Below the pieces are notes generated by a model. The model was not told the DNA's origin and searched no databases. It saw only the letters and a program-made list of their open reading frames with translations. Position numbers and translations under genes: made by a program. Below are positions 9,546-17,237 of a DNA stretch of 55,721 nt, one piece after another. Every line of letters starts with the position of its first letter. Position 1 is the stretch's first letter. Origin of the DNA: an uncultured Alphaproteobacteria bacterium (lineage in GTDB: Bacteria; Pseudomonadota; Alphaproteobacteria; RF32; CAG-239); the NCBI GenBank assembly GCA_949297665.1, contig CASFTO010000023.1, positions 1-55,721 of the forward strand, read 5' to 3'.

Positions 9546-10328
9546 ATGAAAAAAATCAGTATCGCCTGCATAATTGCCACAATCATAACCACCAGTTGCT
9601 CCTTATTTAATCTGAACAAGGAAGAAAAATTTGTAAATCCGGTCTTTTATGAAAAAATGATTTCGGCATCGCATTCAAATTATGAAGTGCAATTAACCCC
9701 AACAAGTATCTATATGGTCTCCAGTAAAGACTTTAAGTATAATTATACATGCAAACTCATTAACAACCAAATGGATACAGTTAGTTTGGAATGTTTTAAA
9801 TATAACTACAAAAATGAAAAAGAAGAGACACAAGTTTTCACATATACTCTAAAACCTTGCAACGAAGAAAACATGTGTCTGGATAAGGGAGGCTGGCTCG
9901 TTTATCAAAAAATCAGACCTTACCAATATTTTGATGAAACAATTACCTATATAATCCCTTCTAAGTCTAAAGATGCCCCCAAAGATAAATTTGTAAATCC
10001 ATTGTTTTATAAAAAATTATCTCCAAGATCCAAAAACACAAGACCAACCTTTTTAACACCGACTTCTGTTACCACGATAGATTTATATGGAAAAGAGGAC
10101 GTTGGAAGATGTAAAATGCTGGAAAACACACCTATGTTTGTGACATTAGATTGTACTTTTTATATTGAAGAAACTAAAGAAACATATAGTCAAATTGTTC
10201 GCTATGTATTAAGAGGTTGCGATGAGCAAAAAGAATATTGCTTTGGCGGTAAATGGTTTGTACTGGAAAATGCCTCCGGAGATAGTATTGGAACACTCGT
10301 CATAGATAAAAAAGATATGGGGCAGTAA
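9546..10328 (+). CDS. Lipoprotein with two tandem ~120 aa Cys-rich domains; candidate lysozyme-inhibitor/immunity protein
   Basis: Lipobox ITTSC. Two collinear repeats KFVNPxFYxK...LTPTS...CK...LxC...YxLxxC...C...W. The lipoprotein call is supported; the function is inference. Confidence 0.75.
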   Translation: MKKISIACIIATIITTSCSLFNLNKEEKFVNPVFYEKMISASHSNYEVQLTPTSIYMVSSKDFKYNYTCKLINNQMDTVSLECFKYNYKNEKEETQVFTYTLKPCNEENMCLDKGGWLVYQKIRPYQYFDETITYIIPSKSKDAPKDKFVNPLFYKKLSPRSKNTRPTFLTPTSVTTIDLYGKEDVGRCKMLENTPMFVTLDCTFYIEETKETYSQIVRYVLRGCDEQKEYCFGGKWFVLENASGDSIGTLVIDKKDMGQ

Positions 10329-10343
10329 AAACCGCCCCTTTTT
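10319..10343 (+). terminator. Terminator-like hairpin between the convergent lipoprotein and muramidase genes
   Basis: GGGGCAGT-AAAA-ACCGCCCC followed by TTTTT. Confidence 0.6.
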
Positions 10344-10346
10344 ATT

Positions 10347-11258
10347 TTAATACCAATGTTTAATATTTTGGATTTGCTGTTTAGCCCAATCATTTCGGTC
10401 TTTTCCAACATCTTTTCGGTTAACATTATAAATTATTCCGTCTTTACCATACAAGTTCTTTTCCGCAATAGCTTTTCTAAGCTTAGGCCATTCATCTGCA
10501 GATACATTACCTGTATTGAATTTAATATCGAGCAAAACATTTTGTAATTCCTGAGGAAAAGAATCAAATTCCGGAAATTCCCTATGAAGATATGCAAGAT
10601 CATCTCTCAGATGATAATGAAGTAATTTATTTATTTCTTCATCTAAAATTCTCAGAGGAGATTTATCTGCATAAAAAGAAGCTTTCATATTATTTTTTTT
10701 GAGCAAATTTCCATCTTTATCAACATTTTTCTTCCCTTCTGAAGTTATGGCATGAAAATAATTAAATGCTGCTTTTTTTTCTTCTTCTGTTGCCGCTCGC
10801 CCATCAACTTGCCAATTTATTTTTTGGAATTGCTCCCATCTATCAATATTTGCACCAACACCTGTAGTTTTATTCCACGTCGTATCAATATAGATGTAAT
10901 CAAGAGGTCTTTCCATATTACGCAATACAGGGATCATTCTGTCAATTAAAGCATTGCCGGTTTTAACATTGGCTGATAAATTCGCATCAATGGCATGGTT
11001 AACTTTATCATTTTTGGCGTATTGTGTGCCTTGGGATGATAAAAGCGAATTTCCGGTTTCTTGTGTTAAGACTTTCTGAGCCAGCCCATTTTGATTAGCC
11101 ATCATATAAGCCATTGAATCTCGAATATCTGCATTTTTTTCAATTCCCTCTAATGAGCCATATTTTCGCAACAATCTTTTCAATTGCAATTCATTATCTG
11201 CATCCGCCAATCGCTGATGCTCAAGAATATCATCATCAAAATTATAAGAAAAGGTCAT
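10347..11258 (-). CDS. T4-lysozyme-like (GH24-type) muramidase with an N-terminal extension
   Basis: E-RPLDYIYI-D-TTWNK-T-TGVG matches the E-x8-D-x5-T triad spacing of T4 lysozyme. The later FDSFPQELQNVLLDIKFNTG...WPKLRKAI segment is typical of this fold. Start taken at MTFSY (AAGGA upstream); the frame is open to 11402. Confidence 0.8.
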   Translation of the reverse strand: MTFSYNFDDDILEHQRLADADNELQLKRLLRKYGSLEGIEKNADIRDSMAYMMANQNGLAQKVLTQETGNSLLSSQGTQYAKNDKVNHAIDANLSANVKTGNALIDRMIPVLRNMERPLDYIYIDTTWNKTTGVGANIDRWEQFQKINWQVDGRAATEEEKKAAFNYFHAITSEGKKNVDKDGNLLKKNNMKASFYADKSPLRILDEEINKLLHYHLRDDLAYLHREFPEFDSFPQELQNVLLDIKFNTGNVSADEWPKLRKAIAEKNLYGKDGIIYNVNRKDVGKDRNDWAKQQIQNIKHWY

Positions 11259-11288
11259 GTTTTTTCCTTTCATAACAAAAATTAAAAC

Positions 11289-11321
11289 AAAAAAGAGCCA
11301 CGAAAAAAAACGTCGTAGCCC
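11289..11321 (-). terminator. Terminator-like hairpin 2 in the muramidase leader
   Basis: Minus strand GGGCTACGA...TCGTGGCTC 9-bp stem (two G-U pairs) plus T6. Confidence 0.5.
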
Positions 11322-11360
11322 TTGGTTAAAAATAGGATTATCCATTTGTAAATTGCCCAC

Positions 11361-11384
11361 AAAAAAAGCCCTCAAACCGAGAGC
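11361..11384 (-). terminator. Terminator-like hairpin 1 in the muramidase leader
   Basis: Minus strand GCTCTC-GGTTT-GAGGGC plus T7. Confidence 0.5.
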
Positions 11385-11426
11385 CAAATTTGGAATATAC
11401 AAACACTTTAACCTATTATGACAACA

Positions 11427-11454
11427 TTTATACCTCCCCCGACAAGTATGTCAA
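11427..11454 (-). promoter_or_regulatory. Near-consensus sigma70 promoter facing the muramidase gene
   Basis: Minus strand TTGACA-N16-TATAAA. Confidence 0.65.
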
Positions 11455-11611
11455 TACATCTGAAAATAAAACAAAAAATATTTTTGCAAAGTAAAAATAA
11501 GTATACGCGGTTTCAATAAGGAATAAAAACAATTTTATTAAAAGAAATTTTTTAACTCTATCTTAAATATCTATCATATAGCCTAATTGCGGAATGTCAG
11601 ACAAGCATTCT

Positions 11612-11635
11612 GAGGTTTGAAAGCCTCTTATACAG
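11612..11635 (+). promoter_or_regulatory. Putative antisense-target hairpin (a1/b1-like elements)
   Basis: Hairpin GAGGTTTGAAAGCCTC exposes TTGAAA. TTGAAAGC (11617-11624) and TATACAG (11629-11635) are exact complements of two segments of the downstream structured RNA. Confidence 0.55.
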
Positions 11636-11680
11636 CGTCTATATGTAAAGACGAAAGATTTGCATGCCCTTCAGTCTAAA

Positions 11681-11754
11681 GACTGGAAGGCGGTAAAATA
11701 AACCTATGCGGTGAATATACCGCACTATCTGTATATAGCTTTCAACTTCCAGTC
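11681..11754 (+). ncRNA. C4/CI-like structured small RNA (phage-immunity-type antisense RNA architecture), 74 nt
   Basis: Closing stem GACTGGAAG/CTTCCAGTC (9 bp). Inner hairpins TGCGGT-GAATAT-ACCGCA and CTAT-CTGTAT-ATAG. Loop CTGTATA and bulge GCTTTCAA are complementary to the upstream elements in the correct antiparallel order. Confidence 0.55.
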
Positions 11755-11778
11755 GCTTCGTCAAGCGACTTTTTCTTT
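11751..11778 (+). terminator. Leader terminator (attenuator) ~30 nt upstream of the OMP start
   Basis: AGTCGCTT-CGTC-AAGCGACT 8-bp stem followed by TTTTCTTT. Confidence 0.75.
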
Positions 11779-11806
11779 AACTATTTAGAAAAGAAGGAAG
11801 TTTGAT

Positions 11807-12643
11807 ATGAAAAAATATTTAATGTTAGCAGGTATATTCACCGTCTTAGCCGGAGATGCGCAATCAGCTGGTTGGTATTATGAAGATGATGGATATAACC
11901 AATATGAAGCAAGACAACAATACAATAATCAAGATTATTATTCTAAACAACCACGCTATCAACAACTACCATCATCTGCGAGCAGAAGGTACCAAGAACG
12001 CCAATACACACGTTCACAAAATATGAATACCTACCAGACCACAGAAACAAATAAAATCCGCCCCTATATTGGATTAGATGTGATGACCACAACTATGGAT
12101 TTTGGAACAGGAAGCCAAGATTGGAAAATGAAAAATGGACCAGCAGAATATTATGAAGATAAAAATATTTCAGCAAATTTTGTAGCAGGATTAAAATTTA
12201 ACCCAAATTTTGGTTTAGAAGCTTTTTATCAACAATCAAGTGAAGAAGAGCAAAATGAGAGATGGAGTGAACCAATCCCATCAGAGGTGAATATGGATTT
12301 TGATGCAACAAATTATTTGAGTTTCAAGGCATATGGTATAGATACTCAGTGGTATGCACCTATTACACAAGAATTTGAGATATTGGCTTCACTAGGTTTG
12401 GCACAGTATGATTTTGAAGCAAGAGATAAATTAACGGCAAAGGTAGCGTCCGTAGGATTTACACACACCTCGAAAAATAATAAAGATTTTGATTCACTCG
12501 GCATTCGTTTAGGAATTGGTGGACAATACAATATTACAGACCATATAGCTTTAAGAGCAATGGCTCGCTATGTTCACATGACAGATGATGAATATATTAA
12601 AAGTATGACTGAATTATCCTTAGGTCTTCGTTATATGTTTTAA
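11807..12643 (+). CDS. Outer-membrane beta-barrel protein (OmpA-like/porin family, probably 8-stranded) with a Tyr/Gln-rich N-terminal segment
   Basis: Sec signal peptide, alternating beta-strand patterns (RPYIGLDV, FGLEAFY, LGIGGQYNITDHIALRAMARY) and the C-terminal Phe signature LGLRYMF. Confidence 0.85.
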   Translation: MKKYLMLAGIFTVLAGDAQSAGWYYEDDGYNQYEARQQYNNQDYYSKQPRYQQLPSSASRRYQERQYTRSQNMNTYQTTETNKIRPYIGLDVMTTTMDFGTGSQDWKMKNGPAEYYEDKNISANFVAGLKFNPNFGLEAFYQQSSEEEQNERWSEPIPSEVNMDFDATNYLSFKAYGIDTQWYAPITQEFEILASLGLAQYDFEARDKLTAKVASVGFTHTSKNNKDFDSLGIRLGIGGQYNITDHIALRAMARYVHMTDDEYIKSMTELSLGLRYMF

Positions 12644-12657
12644 TCATTCACACAAGA

Positions 12658-12692
12658 ATAAAGGCACCGAGTAAAGAGCTTGGTGCCTTTAT
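12658..12692. terminator. Terminator hairpin after the OMP gene
   Basis: ATAAAGGCACCGAG...CTTGGTGCCTTTAT, 14-bp stem with one G-U pair. Confidence 0.75.
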
Positions 12693-12868
12693 TTGATATA
12701 ACTTCTGCCAAAAATTATTTTTCCAGAGGATTATAGATAATTCCGGCAAAAGCACCATTGTTAACCATAAAGATATTTTGCTTCTAAAGCTATAAGATAT
12801 AAGCCAAAACATTAGCAAATATTTTACCATTTCCGCCTACAATCTCTCCAAACAGAGGGAGAAAGATA

Positions 12869-13906
12869 ATGTCTTGCTATTTAATCACCGGAGGCGCCGG
12901 ATTTTTCGGAACAATACTAAAGCAATATTTGCTGGATAAAGGAAGCGAGTGCGTCAGTATTGACTTGGAACCAGATGCCTTTACGCATAAAAATTTCACG
13001 GCATATCAAGGTGATATTAACGATAAAGAACTAATGGAAAAAATTTTCTCTACGCATAAAATTGAGGCAATATTCCACTGTGCGGCATTATTGGCACATG
13101 TTAAAAAAGATTTGAAAAGATTATGGCATGCGAACGTAGATGGAACGCAAAATGTCTATGATTTTGCGCTTGAGTATGGTGTAAAAAAGATAGTATTCAT
13201 CTCAAGTAATTGTTTGTGGGCAAAGAATTTTGATACGGAAGTAACCGAAGAAGAGACGCCAAATCCGGTAGAGATATACGGAAAATCAAAATTGGAGGGT
13301 GAAAAAATCTTATTATCGCAACCCGATAAAATAAACAGCATTATCTTTCGGAGTCCCACCATTATGGACGAAGGACGTTTAGGACTGCTGGGAATTCTGT
13401 TTGAGTTTATAGATGAAGGGCGCAAATTACCGATGGTTGGTGATGGAACAAATCGCTACCAATTTATTTATGCGAAAGATTTGGCAAGAGCTTGTGAATT
13501 AGCATTAGGTGCGGATTATTCGGAAGTATTTAATATCGGCGCCGATAATGTTAAAAGTTTCAATGAAGTTTATGAGTATGTTATAAAGAAATCAGGCTCA
13601 AAATCTCGATTGTTCCATTTTCCGAAATTACCGATGATTTGGGCGATGAAAATTTGTTTCTGGCTTGGAATATCGCCATTGGGACCATATCAATATAAGA
13701 TGATTGCCTCAAACTTTATTTTTGATACAAAAAAAGTAAAACAAAAATTAGGATTCGAACCAACGTTGACTAATGAAGAGATGTTGTTGCGCGCCTATGA
13801 GTTTTATCACAAGAATAAAGATGAAATATTACATCGCAAAAACGTATCGGCACATAATTCCGTAGCAAAAATGGGCGTGATAAAAATCTTAAAATGGCTG
13901 ATGTGA
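12869..13906 (+). CDS. NAD-dependent epimerase/dehydratase (extended SDR)
   Basis: Rossmann motif ITGGAGFFG, NVDGT and catalytic YGKSK (YxxxK). Confidence 0.9.
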   Translation: MSCYLITGGAGFFGTILKQYLLDKGSECVSIDLEPDAFTHKNFTAYQGDINDKELMEKIFSTHKIEAIFHCAALLAHVKKDLKRLWHANVDGTQNVYDFALEYGVKKIVFISSNCLWAKNFDTEVTEEETPNPVEIYGKSKLEGEKILLSQPDKINSIIFRSPTIMDEGRLGLLGILFEFIDEGRKLPMVGDGTNRYQFIYAKDLARACELALGADYSEVFNIGADNVKSFNEVYEYVIKKSGSKSRLFHFPKLPMIWAMKICFWLGISPLGPYQYKMIASNFIFDTKKVKQKLGFEPTLTNEEMLLRAYEFYHKNKDEILHRKNVSAHNSVAKMGVIKILKWLM

Positions 13907-13940
13907 ATACGAATTAAAAAATCGTTTAAAGAACAAATGA

Positions 13941-14975
13941 CTATTTCTTAAATTTAAGAAAGTAATAAGCCGTATAAGCAAAAGCGTAGTTTACGGCAAG
14001 CCATCCTATCCAACAAACAATATGCCAAATTGCAGATTGAGCTTCAACAGCATGTTCAATAAAATATCCACGATACAGAAAACCGTTAAATCCAAATAAA
14101 TAGGGACTAATTTTGCCTGTAAATATCCAAAATTGATTTTGAGAGGGAATCAATTTATAAGCACTTAAAAAAGCAATAGCACTAAAAAAGAAGCTAAAAA
14201 CGAAAACATAGAAATAAATCTGCGCCAAAACAAGTACAACAAGTGATATACATAAAGCCATAACATTAAATTTGCGTGTATTGAGAAAAGTCAATTGTTT
14301 TTCATATAAAGCCAAGAAGATACCTAAAGAAAATTCTGGAATATGCCCGACAGCATTAGCGTATAAACTAACGGTTGGTCCATTAAAAGTAACCCAATAA
14401 AAAGCAATAATGACATAAACGAACCAAATAAAAAAGACATTAGAAATATCTTTGGCAATCAGTTTATATAAAAAGAAAAAACAGAAATAAAGTTGAATAA
14501 TGAGAGAAAAGAACCACCACGGACCGCATACGATAAACAAGGTTTCAGGAGAGAGAGTTGAAGTCAAAGACAAAACTTTTCCCAGAGCTTTGAAGTTAAT
14601 ATCAGGAACAATAATACAATAGACTAATGCACTGATAAGAAACAATTTATAAATTTTAAAAATATGTATAGCAACAAAGGGAATAGTCTTTTTCTCCGTA
14701 TTTATAAAAGACTTTGTAATTCCGTAACCGCTAAGAAGGACGAAAATATAAACGCCATAAAATCCTAAAAATGAGAAAAGGCAATTAACAATTTCCGTCC
14801 AACTAAAATCTTGTATAAAATGAGAAAAATTTTCTGGATTTAACGTCATTTCATTTTGATAAGTCACTGGCGGAAAAAGATGAAAGAAATTATGCGAAAT
14901 GATACAGAAAATAGCGATTCCTTTTAAGACAAGGGATTGAATTTTGGTTAAATAAACATTGTTATCATTACTCAT
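13941..14975 (-). CDS. Acyltransferase 3 (OafA-like) polytopic membrane O-acyltransferase
   Basis: LKGIAIFCIISHN, GVYIFVLLSGYG and PWWFFSLIIQLY motifs, about 10 hydrophobic segments. Start overlaps the recX stop. Confidence 0.85.
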   Translation of the reverse strand: MSNDNNVYLTKIQSLVLKGIAIFCIISHNFFHLFPPVTYQNEMTLNPENFSHFIQDFSWTEIVNCLFSFLGFYGVYIFVLLSGYGITKSFINTEKKTIPFVAIHIFKIYKLFLISALVYCIIVPDINFKALGKVLSLTSTLSPETLFIVCGPWWFFSLIIQLYFCFFFLYKLIAKDISNVFFIWFVYVIIAFYWVTFNGPTVSLYANAVGHIPEFSLGIFLALYEKQLTFLNTRKFNVMALCISLVVLVLAQIYFYVFVFSFFFSAIAFLSAYKLIPSQNQFWIFTGKISPYLFGFNGFLYRGYFIEHAVEAQSAIWHIVCWIGWLAVNYAFAYTAYYFLKFKK

Positions 14976-15510
14976 CAAAAGCATCCTTATTTAAAATTTC
15001 TGAAGCAACATCGTAGCTAAAGCCTGCACGAACAAGAGCTGCCAAATCTTTTTGCCGCATTTCTTTGCGTATATAATCATCAGAACGAAAACAAGCTATT
15101 TTCTTTTTCCGAGCAAAATTGAGAGCGGTATCATATTCGGAATATTCAGTATTATCAAAAGCTCGATTAACGATTTGTTCTTCGATTCCCCTAGCTTTGA
15201 GTTTTTGCTCTATATAACGACGAGATTTACCGGCACGAAGATAACTGTTAATCTTGAATTCTGTAAATCGTTCATCGCTGACAAAATTATGAGAAATACA
15301 TTCCTCGATAATTTCATCAACCCACTGATAGGCTTGTTCAGGAGAATAGTCTTTATTTACAAAAGCATATTTATCAATCCGTTTTCGCAAAACGCTACGC
15401 AGATTTTCAACAGAAGTCTCAAATCGCTCCAAATAATAGAGTGCAATATTGCGCAGGCGAACTTTGGTAGGTATTTTAGGTTGCGATTTTTTCGTTTTTT
15501 CTGTAAACAC
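14968..15510 (-). CDS. recX: Regulatory protein RecX
   Basis: LRNIALYYLERFETS, SDERF...GKSRRYIEQKLKARGI and AALVRAGFSYD repeats typical of alphaproteobacterial RecX. Confidence 0.9.
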   Translation of the reverse strand: MFTEKTKKSQPKIPTKVRLRNIALYYLERFETSVENLRSVLRKRIDKYAFVNKDYSPEQAYQWVDEIIEECISHNFVSDERFTEFKINSYLRAGKSRRYIEQKLKARGIEEQIVNRAFDNTEYSEYDTALNFARKKKIACFRSDDYIRKEMRQKDLAALVRAGFSYDVASEILNKDAFDE

Positions 15511-15580
15511 TTGAAAATTACCTTTTTATATACTAACTTCAAAAATAAATATATTTCTTTATATAATAGGAGATAAAAAA

Positions 15581-16504
15581 TTGTCTAACAAAAGTTTTGA
15601 TGAGTGCGCATCTTTCTTAATTGATAATGGAGTATTTGTTGGTCGTATATGCCGTTTGGAAAATGTATTAAAAACAATAATAGAAAAACACGGGTATATA
15701 AAAAATGTATCAGCAGCTTTGAGTGAAACAACAGCGTTGGCAGTGCTTTTAGCAAATGCATTAAAATTTGAAGGTTTATTTACTTTACAATTACAAGGAA
15801 ACGGACCTGTTTCAACCATTGTTGTCGACGTAACTTCAGAGGGAAAACTTCGCGCCTGTGCAAATTATGATAAAGAAAGATTAGAAAAAGCCTTTGCACT
15901 GCGTAAAAATGAAGGAGAAATAGAAGCGACACCACATTTATTGGGAGAAGGCACATTAGCCTTTACCATAGATGATGGTAAAAATAATTATCATCAAGGC
16001 GTTGTAGATTTGCAAGGAAAGACATTGGAAGAATGTGCTTTAAGATATTTCAAGCAATCCGAGCAAATAGAAACCATGCTAAAACTGTATATAGATATTC
16101 CGGAAACAGATGAGGGGGCATGGAAAGCCGGGGGTATCTTATTGCAAAAGATACCCGAGTTAGGTGGTAAAAATGTGGATATTGCAGAAATACCGGAACT
16201 ACGCAATGAAGCTGAAATATTAATGAATTCGTTGACACAAGAGGAACTTTTTGATGAAACACTTAGTTTGCAAGAAATTCTACATCGTTTATACCATAAT
16301 AACAATTTACTGCTGACAAAAGACAATCATTACGAGTTTAAATGTCGTTGTAGCAGAGAAAAATTATTAAAAACGTTGCGAGGTTTCTCAGAAAATGAGT
16401 TGGCAACAATGCTTGATGACAATTCTAAAATAACCGCTAAATGCGGTTTTTGCTCAGAGATTTATGAATTTACGATTTCTGAAATAATGGAAAAACTTAA
16501 TTAA
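15581..16504 (+). CDS. hslO: Redox-regulated chaperone Hsp33
   Basis: TLQLQGNGPV, YFKQSEQIET, AGGILLQ and the Zn-binding CRCS...CGFC motif. Confidence 0.95.
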   Translation: MSNKSFDECASFLIDNGVFVGRICRLENVLKTIIEKHGYIKNVSAALSETTALAVLLANALKFEGLFTLQLQGNGPVSTIVVDVTSEGKLRACANYDKERLEKAFALRKNEGEIEATPHLLGEGTLAFTIDDGKNNYHQGVVDLQGKTLEECALRYFKQSEQIETMLKLYIDIPETDEGAWKAGGILLQKIPELGGKNVDIAEIPELRNEAEILMNSLTQEELFDETLSLQEILHRLYHNNNLLLTKDNHYEFKCRCSREKLLKTLRGFSENELATMLDDNSKITAKCGFCSEIYEFTISEIMEKLN

Positions 16505-16574
16505 CATTAAATAAGTATTAAACTTTATACATTAGAATATCCATATAACAGAAGGCGTGGACTAAGATAAGAGA

Positions 16575-17204
16575 ATGGAAAAATCTATGAATAAGTTAAA
16601 AAATATACTATTGGTATTTAGCAGTTTATTTTTATTTGCATGTTCAACAACAAGCGATATAGATGCTGTTCCGCTGAGATATAGCGAACCAAGATTTCAG
16701 ACAGAAGCTCCGATTGAGCTGGATGTAGAAAAAGTAGAAGTTATATCTGAATTTATTCCATCTTTTACACGTCCGAATGTAGAACATTTGTTTCCGGTAT
16801 CAATAGAAAAGTCTGCCAAATTATGGGCCGAAGATAGATTGAAGGCCGATGGTTTCTCATCAAATCGTGTTGCTGAATTTATCATTAAAGATGCGTCAGT
16901 AACAGAAGAAATAGAAAAATCGGAAGAATTGTTGCAAAAGGATAGATTAAAATATAGGGCTAATTTGTCAGTAGTATTGAAAATAACCGATAAGTCCAAT
17001 ATGGCAGCAGCAGAAACAACAATCAATGCATGGCGCGAATTAAGAATTCCTGTAGATACAAAAATAGCGGATAAGGAAAAATATTGGAACGATATGGTTT
17101 ATAAATTATTTAACGAATTCAATCAGCGCATGGAAAAAAATATCAACGAATATCTAAATATGTACGTCAAAAACAATTATTCAATTAAAGAATACCAAGA
17201 TTAA
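16575..17204 (+). CDS. Conserved-type hypothetical lipoprotein
   Basis: Lipobox LFAC; PIELDV...VEHLFPV motif. Confidence 0.75.
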   Translation: MEKSMNKLKNILLVFSSLFLFACSTTSDIDAVPLRYSEPRFQTEAPIELDVEKVEVISEFIPSFTRPNVEHLFPVSIEKSAKLWAEDRLKADGFSSNRVAEFIIKDASVTEEIEKSEELLQKDRLKYRANLSVVLKITDKSNMAAAETTINAWRELRIPVDTKIADKEKYWNDMVYKLFNEFNQRMEKNINEYLNMYVKNNYSIKEYQD

Positions 17205-17232
17205 AAAATCCCCCGCAAAAGGGGGATTTTTT
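17203..17232. terminator. Bidirectional intrinsic terminator
   Basis: AAAAAATCCCCC-GCAAAA-GGGGGATTTTTT between convergent genes. Confidence 0.88.
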
Positions 17233-17237
17233 AGATG

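Noticed and set aside
12648-12830. 60 aa minus-strand ORF between the OMP and epimerase genes
   Set aside because: It spans a terminator and a probable promoter region, with no RBS or motif.
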